NCBI GenBank assembly: GCA_003566375.1
Contig: PXDN01000418.1
Location: 1 to 45,742, forward strand
Reading direction: 5' to 3'
Source of the DNA: Opitutia bacterium
GTDB taxonomy: Bacteria; Verrucomicrobiota; Verrucomicrobiia; Opitutales; T3Sed10-336
DNA length: 45,742 bases
Of the stretch, positions 19,834-33,374 are shown in pieces. The position numbers were made by a program, and so were the translations under genes. Position 1 is the first letter of the stretch, and every line of letters begins with the position of its first letter. The notes below the pieces were generated by a model. That model saw nothing but the letters and a program-made list of their open reading frames with translations. It was not told where the DNA came from and made no database searches.

Positions 19834-20373
19834 ATGGCGCTTACCATTGAGTTGCCTTCCCAAGAAGGGCAAACCGCGTTCAATTCCAATCGCTGGGCGG
19901 CATTGCAGGCCGACCCCGAGGTCGCCCGCCTTCAGGGCCGCGTTGAAACCGACCGCCACGGAAACATCATCATGAGCCCTCCCCCCTCTCCCCTGCATGG
20001 AAGTTTTCAAAATGAAATTGGCGCTCTGTTGCGCGATCTCATGCCACATGGCCGCTCAGTCACGGAATGCCCCATATCCACCGCCGACGGCGTGAAGGCC
20101 GCCGACGTGGCATGGGCTTCGCCGGAGCGGCTGCGCGAATTGGGAGAGTTGCCCTGCTTTCCCCGCGCTCCGGAAATCTGCGTCGAGGTCATCTCCCCCG
20201 GCAACACCGATGCGGAAATTCGGGAAAAGACAGCCCTCTATTTCGACGCCGGCGCCAGCGAAGTCTGGCTCTGCGCCCCAACCGGCGTGATGACCTTTCT
20301 CGCGCCAACCGGCCCCCTTCCCGCCTCCCTCCTCTGCCCGGGATTCCCCGCCACCGTCACCCTCCGCTCCTGA
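19834..20373 (+). CDS. Uma2-family (DUF820) putative endonuclease
   Basis: Track ORF 19708..20373 (TTG start) trimmed to the ATG of MALTIELPS. It contains GNIIMSPPPSPLHG, ADVAW and PEICVEVISPGNT..E...K...YFDAGASEVWL, the PD-(D/E)xK-like Uma2 pattern. Confidence 0.8.
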   Translation: MALTIELPSQEGQTAFNSNRWAALQADPEVARLQGRVETDRHGNIIMSPPPSPLHGSFQNEIGALLRDLMPHGRSVTECPISTADGVKAADVAWASPERLRELGELPCFPRAPEICVEVISPGNTDAEIREKTALYFDAGASEVWLCAPTGVMTFLAPTGPLPASLLCPGFPATVTLRS

Positions 20374-20427
20374 AATCGGCTCCGCCCTTTTCGCCCCGAT
20401 GCCCATCCTTATGCGGGCAACGGGTGT

Positions 20428-24144
<3,717 letters not shown>

Positions 24145-24372
24145 GTTGGGCAGCTTACGGGAACGATTCGGAAATTACAAATCATCATATTCGGATATCT
24201 TGATGGAATTATCGCCCGGCTTTGGGGTTTTGTGGAAAAAACCATGGCGACGTGACGTTCCGGCAACGGTCAATCCAATGCCCCGGGTCCTTGAGTCCTT
24301 CCCGTGTCCGCCTTGCCGCTTGCTTTGGGCGGAGTTCTTTGCGTCAATGATCGTTTGGAAGGTAAATCACAA

Positions 24373-25233
24373 GTGCGCAATCATGACATCATTCTCGCCA
24401 CGCGGAAAAGTCCGCTGGCGCTTGCCCAGACGGCGTTGGTCCGCCAACACGCGGCCGCCGGACTGCCCGGAAACCACTTCACCACGCTGCCCCTGGTCAC
24501 CACCGGGGACCGGCAGCGGCACTGGTCCCTGGAAAAACAAGGCGGCAAGGGATTGTTCACCGGGGAGCTGGAGGAGGCGCTTCGCCGGGGCGACGCCGAT
24601 CTGGCCGTGCACAGTTGCAAAGACCTGCCCACCGAAATGGCGGAGGGCCTGGCCTTGGCCGGATTTTTGCCGCGGGAAGACCCCCGCGACGTGCTGATCC
24701 ATCGCGCCGGGGAGCCGGTTCCGACCCGCATCGCCACCGGTAGTCCGCGCCGCCGCGCCCAGGCCCGAAGCCTTTTTCCGGATGCCGAGTGGTGCGAAAT
24801 TCGCGGCAACGTGGCCACCCGACTGCGCAAAATCGCCGACGGGGAGGCGGGAGCCACCCTGTTGGCCATGGCCGGCTTGAAACGGCTCGGGATTACCGAA
24901 TGGCCGGGATTGGTTTTCCGGCCGCTGGACATCGGGGAAATGGTGCCGGCGGTCGGCCAGGCGGCCATCGCCATCCAATGCCGGGCCGGCGAAGAGTCGC
25001 GCTGGTCGGGCCTTTTTGACGAGCCGACGCGGTTGGCCGTCACGGTGGAGCGCGCTTTTCTCGCCGCTTTGGGCGGGGGTTGCCACACCGCCTTCGGAGC
25101 CCATTTCCACGACGGCGGCCTCACCGTTTTTCACGAATCATCCGGACGGACGCGGCACGAGATGCCGGATGTCACGGTCGAAAACGCTTTCATAACCGCC
25201 GGGGATTTGGCCCGCGCCCGATTTTTGTCATGA
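24373..25233 (+). CDS. hemC: Hydroxymethylbilane synthase (porphobilinogen deaminase)
   Basis: IILATRKSPLALAQT..., HSCKDLP, GSPRR and GNVATRL. The start is uncertain: only GTG/TTG candidates exist between 24304 and 24373, and I chose the GTG closest to the conserved N-terminus. Confidence 0.85.
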   Translation: MRNHDIILATRKSPLALAQTALVRQHAAAGLPGNHFTTLPLVTTGDRQRHWSLEKQGGKGLFTGELEEALRRGDADLAVHSCKDLPTEMAEGLALAGFLPREDPRDVLIHRAGEPVPTRIATGSPRRRAQARSLFPDAEWCEIRGNVATRLRKIADGEAGATLLAMAGLKRLGITEWPGLVFRPLDIGEMVPAVGQAAIAIQCRAGEESRWSGLFDEPTRLAVTVERAFLAALGGGCHTAFGAHFHDGGLTVFHESSGRTRHEMPDVTVENAFITAGDLARARFLS

Positions 25234-26765
25234 GTTCCGCATCCGCAGCAAAAGTTTTTCTAGTCGGGGCCGGCCCCGGCGATCCCGGTTTGATCACGGT
25301 CAAGGCGGCCTCCCTGTTGGCTTCCGCCGACGCGGTGGTTTACGATTATCTGGTCCATCCTGGATTGCTTGACCGCTGCCGGGACGATTGCGAACGGATT
25401 TGCGTCGGAAAAAAAGCCGGCTTTCACTCGGTTCCGCAGGCGGAGATTCAGCAAATCCTGTTGCGGCTGGCCCGCGCGGGCAAACAAGTCGTTCGCCTCA
25501 AAGGCGGGGATCCCTTCATTTACGGCCGCGGCGGGGAAGAGGCCCTCGCCCTCGCCCAAGCCGGCCTGCCGTTCGAAGTGGTGCCGGGCGTCACCGCGGC
25601 CGCCGCCGCCAGTGCCTATGCCGGCATTCCCCTTACCCACCGCAACACCAGTTCCTCGGTGATTTTTCTGACCGGGCACGAGGATCCGGAAAAAAAAGAA
25701 CTGGCCGTCGATTGGGCTTCTTTCGCCAAGCTCGACGCCACTCTATGCATCTACATGGGAATGGGGCGGATGGAGGAAATTCTCCGCCGTCTGCTGGCGG
25801 GAGGGCTGCGCCCGGAAACACCCGCCGCCGTGGTGCAATGGGCCAGTCTTCCCCGCCAGCGAAGCCTGCTGGCCACGGCGGGCACCTTGGTGGAGGAAAC
25901 CTCCCGCGCGGGTCTGGCCGCTCCCGCCGTGGTGCTTATCGGAGGCGTCACCGACCGGATGCGGGAAATCGGGTGGTATGAAGCCCTGCCGCTCTTCGGA
26001 CGGCGGATTGCGGTGACCCGCAATCGCGAGACATCCGGAGGCCTGGGGGAACGGCTCGCCGCGCTTGGCGCCGAGGTGCTGGAAATTCCGCTTGTCTCCA
26101 TTTCACCCGATCCCAATCCCGAAATCGCCGAAGAGGTTTTCTCGGAATTCTGGGGTTACGAATGGATCGTGTTCACCAGCGCAAACGGGGTCCGCGGGTT
26201 TTTCGACCAGTTTTTCCAGCGGTTTTCCGACATCCGCGCCCTCGGGGGAATTCGGTTCGCCGCCATCGGGCGGGCCACCGCCAAGGCCATTGAGGAGCAC
26301 CGCGTGGCCGTCGAGCTGATGCCGGAACTCTCCACCGCCGAGGGGTTGGCCGACGCCCTCGCCGCCACCGACAGTCTCGACAGCGCCAAGGTCCTCGTGA
26401 TCACCGGCAGCCGCAACCGCGACGTGTTGGTCAACCGCCTGCACGAGGCGCGGGCCATCGTGGACCAGTTCCCGGTTTACCGGACGGATTTGGCCGACAT
26501 CCGCGAACACCCGGCGGCGGAGGATTTCCGCCGCGGAGGCGCCGATCTGATCGCGTTTACCAGTTCCTCCGCCGTCGAGTCCTTCATTCAGCAAGCGCCC
26601 CGGCTCAAAATCGCCGACGGGGGCCGCCACCCGAAAGCGGCCAGTCTGGGGCCGGTCACTTCGGAAAAACTGCGCGCCAGCGGTATCCCGCTGGCGGTGG
26701 AATCCCCCGAAGCTTCTCTCGACGCGCTGGCCTCGGCCATTTGCCGCCATTTCGCACAAACATGA
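25230..26765 (+). CDS. cobA/hemD: Fused uroporphyrinogen-III C-methyltransferase / uroporphyrinogen-III synthase
   Basis: Track ORF 25080..26765 trimmed to the ATG of MSSASAAKVFLVGAGPGDPGLIT. The SUMT motifs GGDPFIYGRGGEE are followed by a HemD-like half (IAVTRNRE..., IVFTSANGV). The ATGA overlaps the hemC stop. Confidence 0.9.
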   Translation: MSSASAAKVFLVGAGPGDPGLITVKAASLLASADAVVYDYLVHPGLLDRCRDDCERICVGKKAGFHSVPQAEIQQILLRLARAGKQVVRLKGGDPFIYGRGGEEALALAQAGLPFEVVPGVTAAAAASAYAGIPLTHRNTSSSVIFLTGHEDPEKKELAVDWASFAKLDATLCIYMGMGRMEEILRRLLAGGLRPETPAAVVQWASLPRQRSLLATAGTLVEETSRAGLAAPAVVLIGGVTDRMREIGWYEALPLFGRRIAVTRNRETSGGLGERLAALGAEVLEIPLVSISPDPNPEIAEEVFSEFWGYEWIVFTSANGVRGFFDQFFQRFSDIRALGGIRFAAIGRATAKAIEEHRVAVELMPELSTAEGLADALAATDSLDSAKVLVITGSRNRDVLVNRLHEARAIVDQFPVYRTDLADIREHPAAEDFRRGGADLIAFTSSSAVESFIQQAPRLKIADGGRHPKAASLGPVTSEKLRASGIPLAVESPEASLDALASAICRHFAQT

Positions 26766-27397
26766 TTCCCAAAGTCAAAATCTGCGGCCTGCGCGACGCG
26801 GCCGCCGCCCGGCTCGCCGCCGATTGCGGGGCGGATCTCCTCGGTTTCATTACCTTTCCGCGCAGCCCCAGCCACCTGGAGCCGGAAGTCTTCCGCACAT
26901 TCGCCGGAGACCTGCCGCCGGTGCCCAAGGTTTCCGTGCGGGTTCGCCCTTCCCTGGAGGAATTGTTGGCGGACCGGGACGATTTTGATTTTTTCCAAAT
27001 TCATTTTCCATTGGAGACTCCCGAAGAGGAAATCGCGGCCTGGTCGAAGATTCTTACCCCGGCCGCCCTCTGGCTGGCGCCGAAGCTGCCGCCCGGGGTC
27101 CCCTTTCCCGAACACCTCCTTTCGCTGGCGGAGACCATCTTCATCGACACGTATCGACCGGATAAATACGGCGGCACGGGGGAAACGGGGGATTGGAAGC
27201 GCTTTGCCGCCCTGCGCGAACGGTGGCCTGAAAAACGCTGGATTTTGGCCGGCGGGCTCAACCCGGATAACGTGGCCAGCGCGGTCCGCGCGACTGGCGC
27301 CTCGTGGATTGACCTCAAGAGCGGGGTCGAATCCGAAACAGGTGTCAAGGATCCCGCCAAACTGCGGGCCCTGTTCGCCAATCTCCGGGATGGGTGA
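26762..27397 (+). CDS. trpF: Phosphoribosylanthranilate isomerase
   Basis: MIPKVKICGLRDAAAARLAADCGADLLGFI...YGGTGETGDW...ILAGGLNPDNV. The ATGA overlaps the cobA/hemD stop. Confidence 0.85.
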   Translation: MIPKVKICGLRDAAAARLAADCGADLLGFITFPRSPSHLEPEVFRTFAGDLPPVPKVSVRVRPSLEELLADRDDFDFFQIHFPLETPEEEIAAWSKILTPAALWLAPKLPPGVPFPEHLLSLAETIFIDTYRPDKYGGTGETGDWKRFAALRERWPEKRWILAGGLNPDNVASAVRATGASWIDLKSGVESETGVKDPAKLRALFANLRDG

Positions 27398-27400
27398 CCG

Positions 27401-28156
27401 TCAACCGGCGGTATCCGCTTGATCGGGACGCCGGGCGATCCAGAAACGGCACTCGTCGGAAAACTCCCGCACGTCGGCCGGTTCGTTGGCCACCTCGCTG
27501 CGGTGAACGCTTTCGATCCCGGTCCAGCCGGTCGCTTCCAAATCCAACGTAATTTCGGCTTGGCTGGGAATGTGCATGAAGGTGCACCCGATCGGCGCCT
27601 CGTAAAAGCGGTCGCCAAATTCGCACAATCCCGGATTCATGGTCCCGTTTTCCCACCGCCGTTTTTCCGCCTCCCAAAATTCCCGGTAACGGGGATTGGC
27701 ACGATCATGGGTGGTGAAAACGAACACCCCGCCCGGCCGCAAAACCCGGTGGATTTCACTCATCGCCCGCCGCCGGTTTTCCCGGCCGGGAATTTGCATC
27801 AGGCCGTTGAAACCGAAAATGGCTCCGTCAAAGAGAGAATCCTCCAAATCCAGCCGGGTGGCGTCGCCGTGCCGGAACGAAACGCCGTATTCAAGTTTTT
27901 TATTCAACCGCCGCGCTTCGCTGACCATCTCACGCACGAAATCAATGCCCAGCAAATGGCGGTAACCGAGTTCCCACAATCCGATGCTGATGCGCCCGGC
28001 CCCGCAACCCACCTCCAGCAAAGTCGCCTCCTTGGGAAAGATTGATTGAAACACGCGTTCCTCCGAAACCCACAAGCCGAGGGAAGCCGCCGCCTTCGCG
28101 TAATGTTGCACCGCGCGCGGATCACTAAAATGTTCATGCACCGACTGCGGCTCCAT
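27401..28156 (-). CDS. Class I SAM-dependent methyltransferase
   Basis: LLEVGCGAGRISIGL is motif I, followed by VLRPGGVFVF. The stop lies only 3 nt from the convergent trpF stop. Confidence 0.8.
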   Translation of the reverse strand: MEPQSVHEHFSDPRAVQHYAKAAASLGLWVSEERVFQSIFPKEATLLEVGCGAGRISIGLWELGYRHLLGIDFVREMVSEARRLNKKLEYGVSFRHGDATRLDLEDSLFDGAIFGFNGLMQIPGRENRRRAMSEIHRVLRPGGVFVFTTHDRANPRYREFWEAEKRRWENGTMNPGLCEFGDRFYEAPIGCTFMHIPSQAEITLDLEATGWTGIESVHRSEVANEPADVREFSDECRFWIARRPDQADTAG

Positions 28157-28159
28157 AGG

Positions 28160-28717
28160 TCAATTCACGGAAGGATCTTCGGGTGAGGCCGCCAGTAGGG
28201 CGAATTCGGGACTGATCCGCGACAAAAACGAACGCCACAATGAAGTTCCATCTTCGTCGCCCAACATTTCCGCGTCCAGAGGGGTGACCACCCAGGAATC
28301 GTGCTCCAACTCCTCCTCCAACTGACCTTCCCCCCAACCGGAATAGCCGAGAAACGCGCGCACCACCGCTCCCTCGTCCAGCAAATTCCGGGCCTGATCC
28401 GGATCGACGCCGTAAGCCAAATTGAAAAGCCCCTCCGACTTCACCCAGCGCCATCCGCAAAAAACCACCCGGTCGGCCCCCACGGGACCGCCTTCGTAGA
28501 GCGGAACTTTGCCGAGAGGGTCCCCTTCAAAACTGTCGTCACACTCGGAAAGCAACTTGCCGGTCGGTCGGTTGAGGATGGCACCCACCGCTCCGTCACC
28601 GGTCGAATGGGCCGAAATCAAAACGACCGTGCGCCGAAAATTCGGGTCGCGCAAAACCGGATGTGCCAGCAGCAGGGACCCCGCCAAGCTTCCGGACGAT
28701 TCATCGGAGCGGCGCAT
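28160..28717 (-). CDS. YqgE/AlgH-family (UPF0301) protein
   Basis: Trimmed to the ATG of MRRSDESSGSLAGSLLLAHPVLRDPNFRRTVVLISAHS..GAVGAILNRP, which is the family signature N-terminus. Confidence 0.85.
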   Translation of the reverse strand: MRRSDESSGSLAGSLLLAHPVLRDPNFRRTVVLISAHSTGDGAVGAILNRPTGKLLSECDDSFEGDPLGKVPLYEGGPVGADRVVFCGWRWVKSEGLFNLAYGVDPDQARNLLDEGAVVRAFLGYSGWGEGQLEEELEHDSWVVTPLDAEMLGDEDGTSLWRSFLSRISPEFALLAASPEDPSVN

Positions 28718-28988
28718 GGGAATGGATGTATGGGCGTTTGAAAACCAACATGCCCGCCACCCTACGAAAAACCGGTCCGCCAAGGCAAGATCGCAAGCGT
28801 CCGCTGTTTCCCCGGCCCTGTTCCAATTGGAGGTCGCCCAGACCGGCTCCTTCTCCTGAATAAGGGTAAGAAAACTTTCGCAGTGTTATCCGTGAAGCCC
28901 GGGTGGGGCGGCTGTCTTGAATCGCCGGAGCTTTCCCCTCTCCCCGAAACGGTCTTGCCCCGCCGGTCGGTTTTTCCAGACTCCCTCC

Positions 28989-30452
28989 ATGGCTGGAAAA
29001 CCCTTGCTTATCCTGATGGCCTCCCTGACGGCGGCGGCCGCTGCCGCTTCCGCCGCCACGGCGGAGGCAACCCTCCCACCCAATTTCGTGGTTGTTTTCA
29101 CCGACGACCAAGGCTACGGGGATCTCGGCTCCCAGGGCCATCCATCCATCCGCACCCCGCGCCTGGACGCCATGGCCGCGGAGGGGATGCGGTTTACCGA
29201 TTTTTACGTGGCGGCAAGCGTCTGCACGCCCAGCCGGGCGGCCCTCCTAACCGGCCGGCTTCCGATTCGCAGCGGCATGGCCGGGCTGTTGACCCACCGG
29301 GTTCTCTACGCCGATTCCAGCGGCGGGCTGCCGGGGGGAGAAATCACCATGGCCACCGCGCTCAAGGAAGCCGGTTACGCCACCGCCCTGATCGGCAAAT
29401 GGCACCTCGGCAACCCTCCGGAGTTTTCCCCGCTGCGCCATGGGTTCGATTATTATTTCGGCATTCCCTACTCCAACGACATGGAACTGGACCGGGACCA
29501 AAATCCTCCCCCCCGGCCGGCTTTCCACTTGGACGCGGATTACGAATGGTGGGACGTGCCCCTGATGCGCAACCACACCATCATCGAACGACCGGCCAAC
29601 CAACACACCTTGACCAAACGCTACACCGAAGAGGCGATCGGCTTCATCCGGGAAAACCGGGAAAAGCCGTTCCTGCTCCACCTCTGGCACACCTTTCCGC
29701 ACGTGCCGCTGTTCGCCTCGGAAGAATTCCACGGCCAAAGCCCGCGCGGCCGCTACGGTGACACCATTGAGGAAATCGACTGGAGCACCGGGAAAATTCT
29801 CGACACCCTGCGCGACCTCGGCCTGGCCGAAAACACCGTGGTGGTCTTCACCAGCGACAACGGACCCTGGTTGACCCGCGACGTGGCCGGCGGATCGGCG
29901 GGTCTGCTGCGCGACGGCAAAGGGAGCACCTTCGAGGGAGGCGTCCGGGTTCCGGCCATCGCCTGGTGGCCGGGCCGGATCGAAGCCGGTGGGGTCTCGC
30001 GAGAAATGGCCAACGCCATGGACCTGTTCACCACCTTCTTGAAACTGGCCGGGGTGGACATCCCGCAAGACCGGGTGATCGACGGGGTGGACATGCGGCC
30101 CATCCTGTTGGAAAACGGCGCGGGCCTCCGAAACGTGGAGTATTATTTCCGCAGCGACCGGCTCTATGCCATCCGCAAGGGACCGTTCAAGGCCCACTAC
30201 GCCACTTGGGCGGGATACAGCCCCGAGGAGGCGGAACACCACGATCCGCCGTTGTTGTTTCACTTGGGCCACGATCCCTCGGAACGGTTCAACATCGCCG
30301 ATGAACACCCGGATGTCATCGCCGCCATCAACAAGGTCCGCGACGTCTTTCTCGACGAATTGATCCCGGGCGAACCCCAATTGACGGACGGGCATTTCCG
30401 CGGCCGCTGGGAAGTGCCGGAGGGCATTGAAATCAGCCTGGAACACCCATGA
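28989..30452 (+). CDS. Sulfatase (arylsulfatase-type, formylglycine-dependent), secreted
   Basis: Signal peptide MAGKPLLILMASLTAAAAAASA. It contains FTDDQGYGDLG, the CTPSRAALLTGR (C-x-P-x-R) motif and GKWHLG. The track ORF begins at an upstream TTG. Confidence 0.9.
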   Translation: MAGKPLLILMASLTAAAAAASAATAEATLPPNFVVVFTDDQGYGDLGSQGHPSIRTPRLDAMAAEGMRFTDFYVAASVCTPSRAALLTGRLPIRSGMAGLLTHRVLYADSSGGLPGGEITMATALKEAGYATALIGKWHLGNPPEFSPLRHGFDYYFGIPYSNDMELDRDQNPPPRPAFHLDADYEWWDVPLMRNHTIIERPANQHTLTKRYTEEAIGFIRENREKPFLLHLWHTFPHVPLFASEEFHGQSPRGRYGDTIEEIDWSTGKILDTLRDLGLAENTVVVFTSDNGPWLTRDVAGGSAGLLRDGKGSTFEGGVRVPAIAWWPGRIEAGGVSREMANAMDLFTTFLKLAGVDIPQDRVIDGVDMRPILLENGAGLRNVEYYFRSDRLYAIRKGPFKAHYATWAGYSPEEAEHHDPPLLFHLGHDPSERFNIADEHPDVIAAINKVRDVFLDELIPGEPQLTDGHFRGRWEVPEGIEISLEHP

Positions 30453-32002
30453 ATCATTTACTCGGGATTGACATTGGCACCTCCGGAACCAAAGCGGTTC
30501 TGATCAAACCGGACGGCGCGGTGACCGCCACCGCCACCTTCGAATACCCCCTCTCCCACCCGCATCCGCTTTGGGCCGAACAGGATCCGGAAGCGTGGTG
30601 GGAGGCCACGGTGAAAAGCATCCGCGCCGTTTTGGAAAAAGCGGGAATTTCGGCGGACTCCGACTCCATCGCCGCCGTCGGCCTCACCGGCCAAATGCAC
30701 GGATTGGTGATGCTCGACCGCTCCGGCAAGGTTCTGCGTCCGGCCATCCTTTGGAACGACCAGCGAACCGCTGCCCAGTGCGCCGCCATCACCGAACGGG
30801 TCGGGGAAAAACGCTTGCTCGAACTCACCGGCAACCCCGTGCTGCCCGGCTTCACCGCTCCGAAAATCCTCTGGGTGCGGGAAAACGAACCCGAGATTTA
30901 TCAACGCTGCGATAAAATCCTGCTCCCGAAAGATTACATCCGCTACCGCCTCAGCGGGGAATTTTTGGGCGACGTTTCCGACGCCTCCGGCACCTCCCTC
31001 TTCGACGTGGCCCGTCGGCAATGGTCCGGCGACATGCTGGACGCCCTTGAACTTCCGCGCGCCCGGCTCCCGGAGATCACGGAATCCACCGCCGCCTCCG
31101 CCGCCGTGTCAGCGGACGCGGCGCGCGCGACCGGCCTGCGCGAGGGCACGCCGATCGCCGCCGGGGGCGGTGACCAGGCGGCCGGGGCGGTCGGCACCGG
31201 CATGGTGGCGGAGGGAATGGTTTCGGTTACCCTGGGCACCTCCGGCGTGGTTTTCGCCCCGTCGTCCAGCTACCGGTTTTCCCCGGAAGGCAACCTGCAC
31301 GCGTTTTGCCATGCCGTGCCGGGACAGTGGCACCTGATGGGGGTCATGCTCTCAGCCGCCGGCAGCTTCCGGTGGTTTCGCGACACGTTGGGACGGGAGG
31401 AAATGGAGGCCGCCCGCTCGTCGGGACGGGACGCCTACGACCTCCTGACCGCCGGGGCCGGGCGGGCGCCCGCCGGTTGCGATGGGCTTCTCTTTCTCCC
31501 CTACCTGAGCGGGGAACGCACCCCTCACCCCGACCCGGAGGCGCGCGGCGTTTTCTTCGGCCTGACCCTGCGCCACAACAAAGACCACCTCACGCGCGCG
31601 GTGCTGGAAGGCGTGACCCACGGCTTGCGGGATTCCCTCGACCTCATGAAAACCATCGGCCTGCGGGCCACCCGGGCACGCGCTTCCGGAGGCGGAGCGA
31701 AGAGCGCGTTTTGGCTGCGGATGCTGGCCGACATGTTCGGCATGGAAATCGTCACCGTCAACGGGGCCGAGGGAGCGCCCTACGGAGCGGCCCTCCTTGC
31801 CGGGGTGGCGGCGGGGGTTTACGAAAGCGTTCCCGATGCCTGCGAAACCACCTTAACGGTCTCCCCGCCCGTCCAGCCCGATCCGCATGCGCAACGCGTT
31901 TACGAAGACTACCACGCGCGCCACGCCGCCCTTTATCCCGCGTTGAAAAAGGAATTCCAAGCCATCGCCCGACTAGAGGAAACGCACCGGAATAATTCGT
32001 AA
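30449..32002 (+). CDS. xylB: Xylulokinase (FGGY family)
   Basis: MNHLLGIDIGTSGTKAVLI, GLTGQMHGLVMLD and GGGDQAAGAVG. The ATGA overlaps the sulfatase stop. Confidence 0.9.
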   Translation: MNHLLGIDIGTSGTKAVLIKPDGAVTATATFEYPLSHPHPLWAEQDPEAWWEATVKSIRAVLEKAGISADSDSIAAVGLTGQMHGLVMLDRSGKVLRPAILWNDQRTAAQCAAITERVGEKRLLELTGNPVLPGFTAPKILWVRENEPEIYQRCDKILLPKDYIRYRLSGEFLGDVSDASGTSLFDVARRQWSGDMLDALELPRARLPEITESTAASAAVSADAARATGLREGTPIAAGGGDQAAGAVGTGMVAEGMVSVTLGTSGVVFAPSSSYRFSPEGNLHAFCHAVPGQWHLMGVMLSAAGSFRWFRDTLGREEMEAARSSGRDAYDLLTAGAGRAPAGCDGLLFLPYLSGERTPHPDPEARGVFFGLTLRHNKDHLTRAVLEGVTHGLRDSLDLMKTIGLRATRARASGGGAKSAFWLRMLADMFGMEIVTVNGAEGAPYGAALLAGVAAGVYESVPDACETTLTVSPPVQPDPHAQRVYEDYHARHAALYPALKKEFQAIARLEETHRNNS

Positions 32003-32046
32003 AATCCGCCCGCGCGATTACGGGCCGACCCGTTGCGGACCTCCGG

Positions 32047-33174
32047 TCAGCCCGACCGGGCTTCGTAGCAGCCGTCGAGTCGTTTCACGACCAACCGTTT
32101 CAATTCCATCATCATCAGCAAGGCCATGAGTTCGGAAGGGGCTTTGCCGGTTTGGCCGGCCAAGCGGTCCATATCGAGAGCCTCCCCGTTGCGCAAATGG
32201 GCCAGCACCGACTCTTCTTCCTCGCTCAGCGGCGGCCCCGCCGGGGCGGCCCCGTCCGCCTCGGCGGTTTGGTCCGACGGGCGCAGGCCGCTCAGGTAAT
32301 TCAATTCCTCAAGAATGTCGTCCACCCCGCGGCAAAGCACGGCCCCGTCCCGGATCAGTTGGTGGCAACCCTTCGCGGAGGCTTGGTCGATGCGCCCGGG
32401 CACGGCAAAAACCGTGCGCCCCTGCTCGCCCGCGAACCGGGCGGTGATCATGCTGCCGCCGTTGACATCCGATTCCACCACCACCACCGCGTCGCACAGG
32501 CCGGAAACGATCCGGTTGCGCATGGGAAAACTCTGGCGGTCGGCCCGGCGCCCGAAGGCGAATTCCGACAGGATCGCTCCCTTGGCCGTGATTTCCCGGT
32601 AAAGGTCGAGATTTTCCGGCGGATAAATGATGTCCAGGCCGCACCCGAGCACCGCCATGGTTTTGCCGTCCGCCTCCAGCGCCCCGGAGTGGGCGGCGGT
32701 GTCGATGCCGCGGGCCAGCCCGCTGATCACGCAAAAGCCGGCTCGGGCGAGATCACGCCCCAGGGATTTGGCGACCGCCTGCCCGTAAAGCGTGGTGCGG
32801 CGGCTGCCAACCACCGCCACCGCCGGACGGTCCAGCGCGTAAACGCCTTTTCGATACAATCCGATGGGCGGGTCGGAAATGCGCCGCAAAATGGCGGGAT
32901 AGGCTTCGTCCCCGGTGGTGAGAAAATCCGCCCCGGCCTTGGCCAGCAGAGCTTCCTCGCGCGCCAAATCAAAATGCTCCCGCCACTCCCGCAAGGTTTT
33001 CACAATGGCGGCCCCCACGCCCTTGACCGATTTCAGGCGAGCCTCCTCCCCCGCCAGCACGGCGGCTGGGTCGCCGCCGAACACCCCGAGCAACCGGTTG
33101 AGGGTGATGGGGCCGATGTTGGGCAACGCGTTTAAAATCAGAAACGCCTGCTTGGCGGACAGATTGGTGGCCAT
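32047..33174 (-). CDS. dprA: DNA-processing protein DprA
   Basis: Trimmed to the ATG of MATNLSAKQAFLILNALPNIGP. It has the Rossmann core VVGSRRTTLYG...SGLARGIDTAAHSGAL and a C-terminal winged-helix-like tail. Confidence 0.9.
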   Translation of the reverse strand: MATNLSAKQAFLILNALPNIGPITLNRLLGVFGGDPAAVLAGEEARLKSVKGVGAAIVKTLREWREHFDLAREEALLAKAGADFLTTGDEAYPAILRRISDPPIGLYRKGVYALDRPAVAVVGSRRTTLYGQAVAKSLGRDLARAGFCVISGLARGIDTAAHSGALEADGKTMAVLGCGLDIIYPPENLDLYREITAKGAILSEFAFGRRADRQSFPMRNRIVSGLCDAVVVVESDVNGGSMITARFAGEQGRTVFAVPGRIDQASAKGCHQLIRDGAVLCRGVDDILEELNYLSGLRPSDQTAEADGAAPAGPPLSEEEESVLAHLRNGEALDMDRLAGQTGKAPSELMALLMMMELKRLVVKRLDGCYEARSG

Positions 33175-33251
33175 GGCAACCCCAGCATTATCCACCGCAT
33201 CAAAAGGCCAAGCTTTTTTGGCGGCCCAAGAGAAGGTTGGGAGGATAAAAA

Positions 33252-33374
33252 TCACCCATAGATCGCTTCACGCAGCTTCCCGGTCTCTTCCTTGGTGAAT
33301 CGGGATTTCCGCCGCAGTTTGCTGGCCAGGGTGTGTTTGTTCATCCCCGCCCGCTGAGCCAGTTTGTTAGGCCG
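33252..33374 (-). pseudogene. 5'-truncated phage-type (XRE/DUF739-like) HTH regulator remnant
   Basis: My translation is RPNKLAQRAGMNKHTLASKLRRKSRFTKEETGKLREAIYG*. It resembles the ..LA...G.S..TLS.KLNGK..FT..E...I... core of small phage HTH proteins. The first helix and a credible start are missing. It begins immediately after, and in frame with, the TAG stop of the S8 peptidase gene. Confidence 0.4.

Noticed and set aside
24145-24372. Possible cobalamin or SAM riboswitch in the metH 5' region or the hemC upstream region.
   Set aside because: I read both strands and found no B12-box-like core (GCCACTG-type) and no recognisable SAM-I/SAM-II conserved segments. Covariance-model scanning (Rfam/Infernal) would be the decisive test, and I cannot run it.
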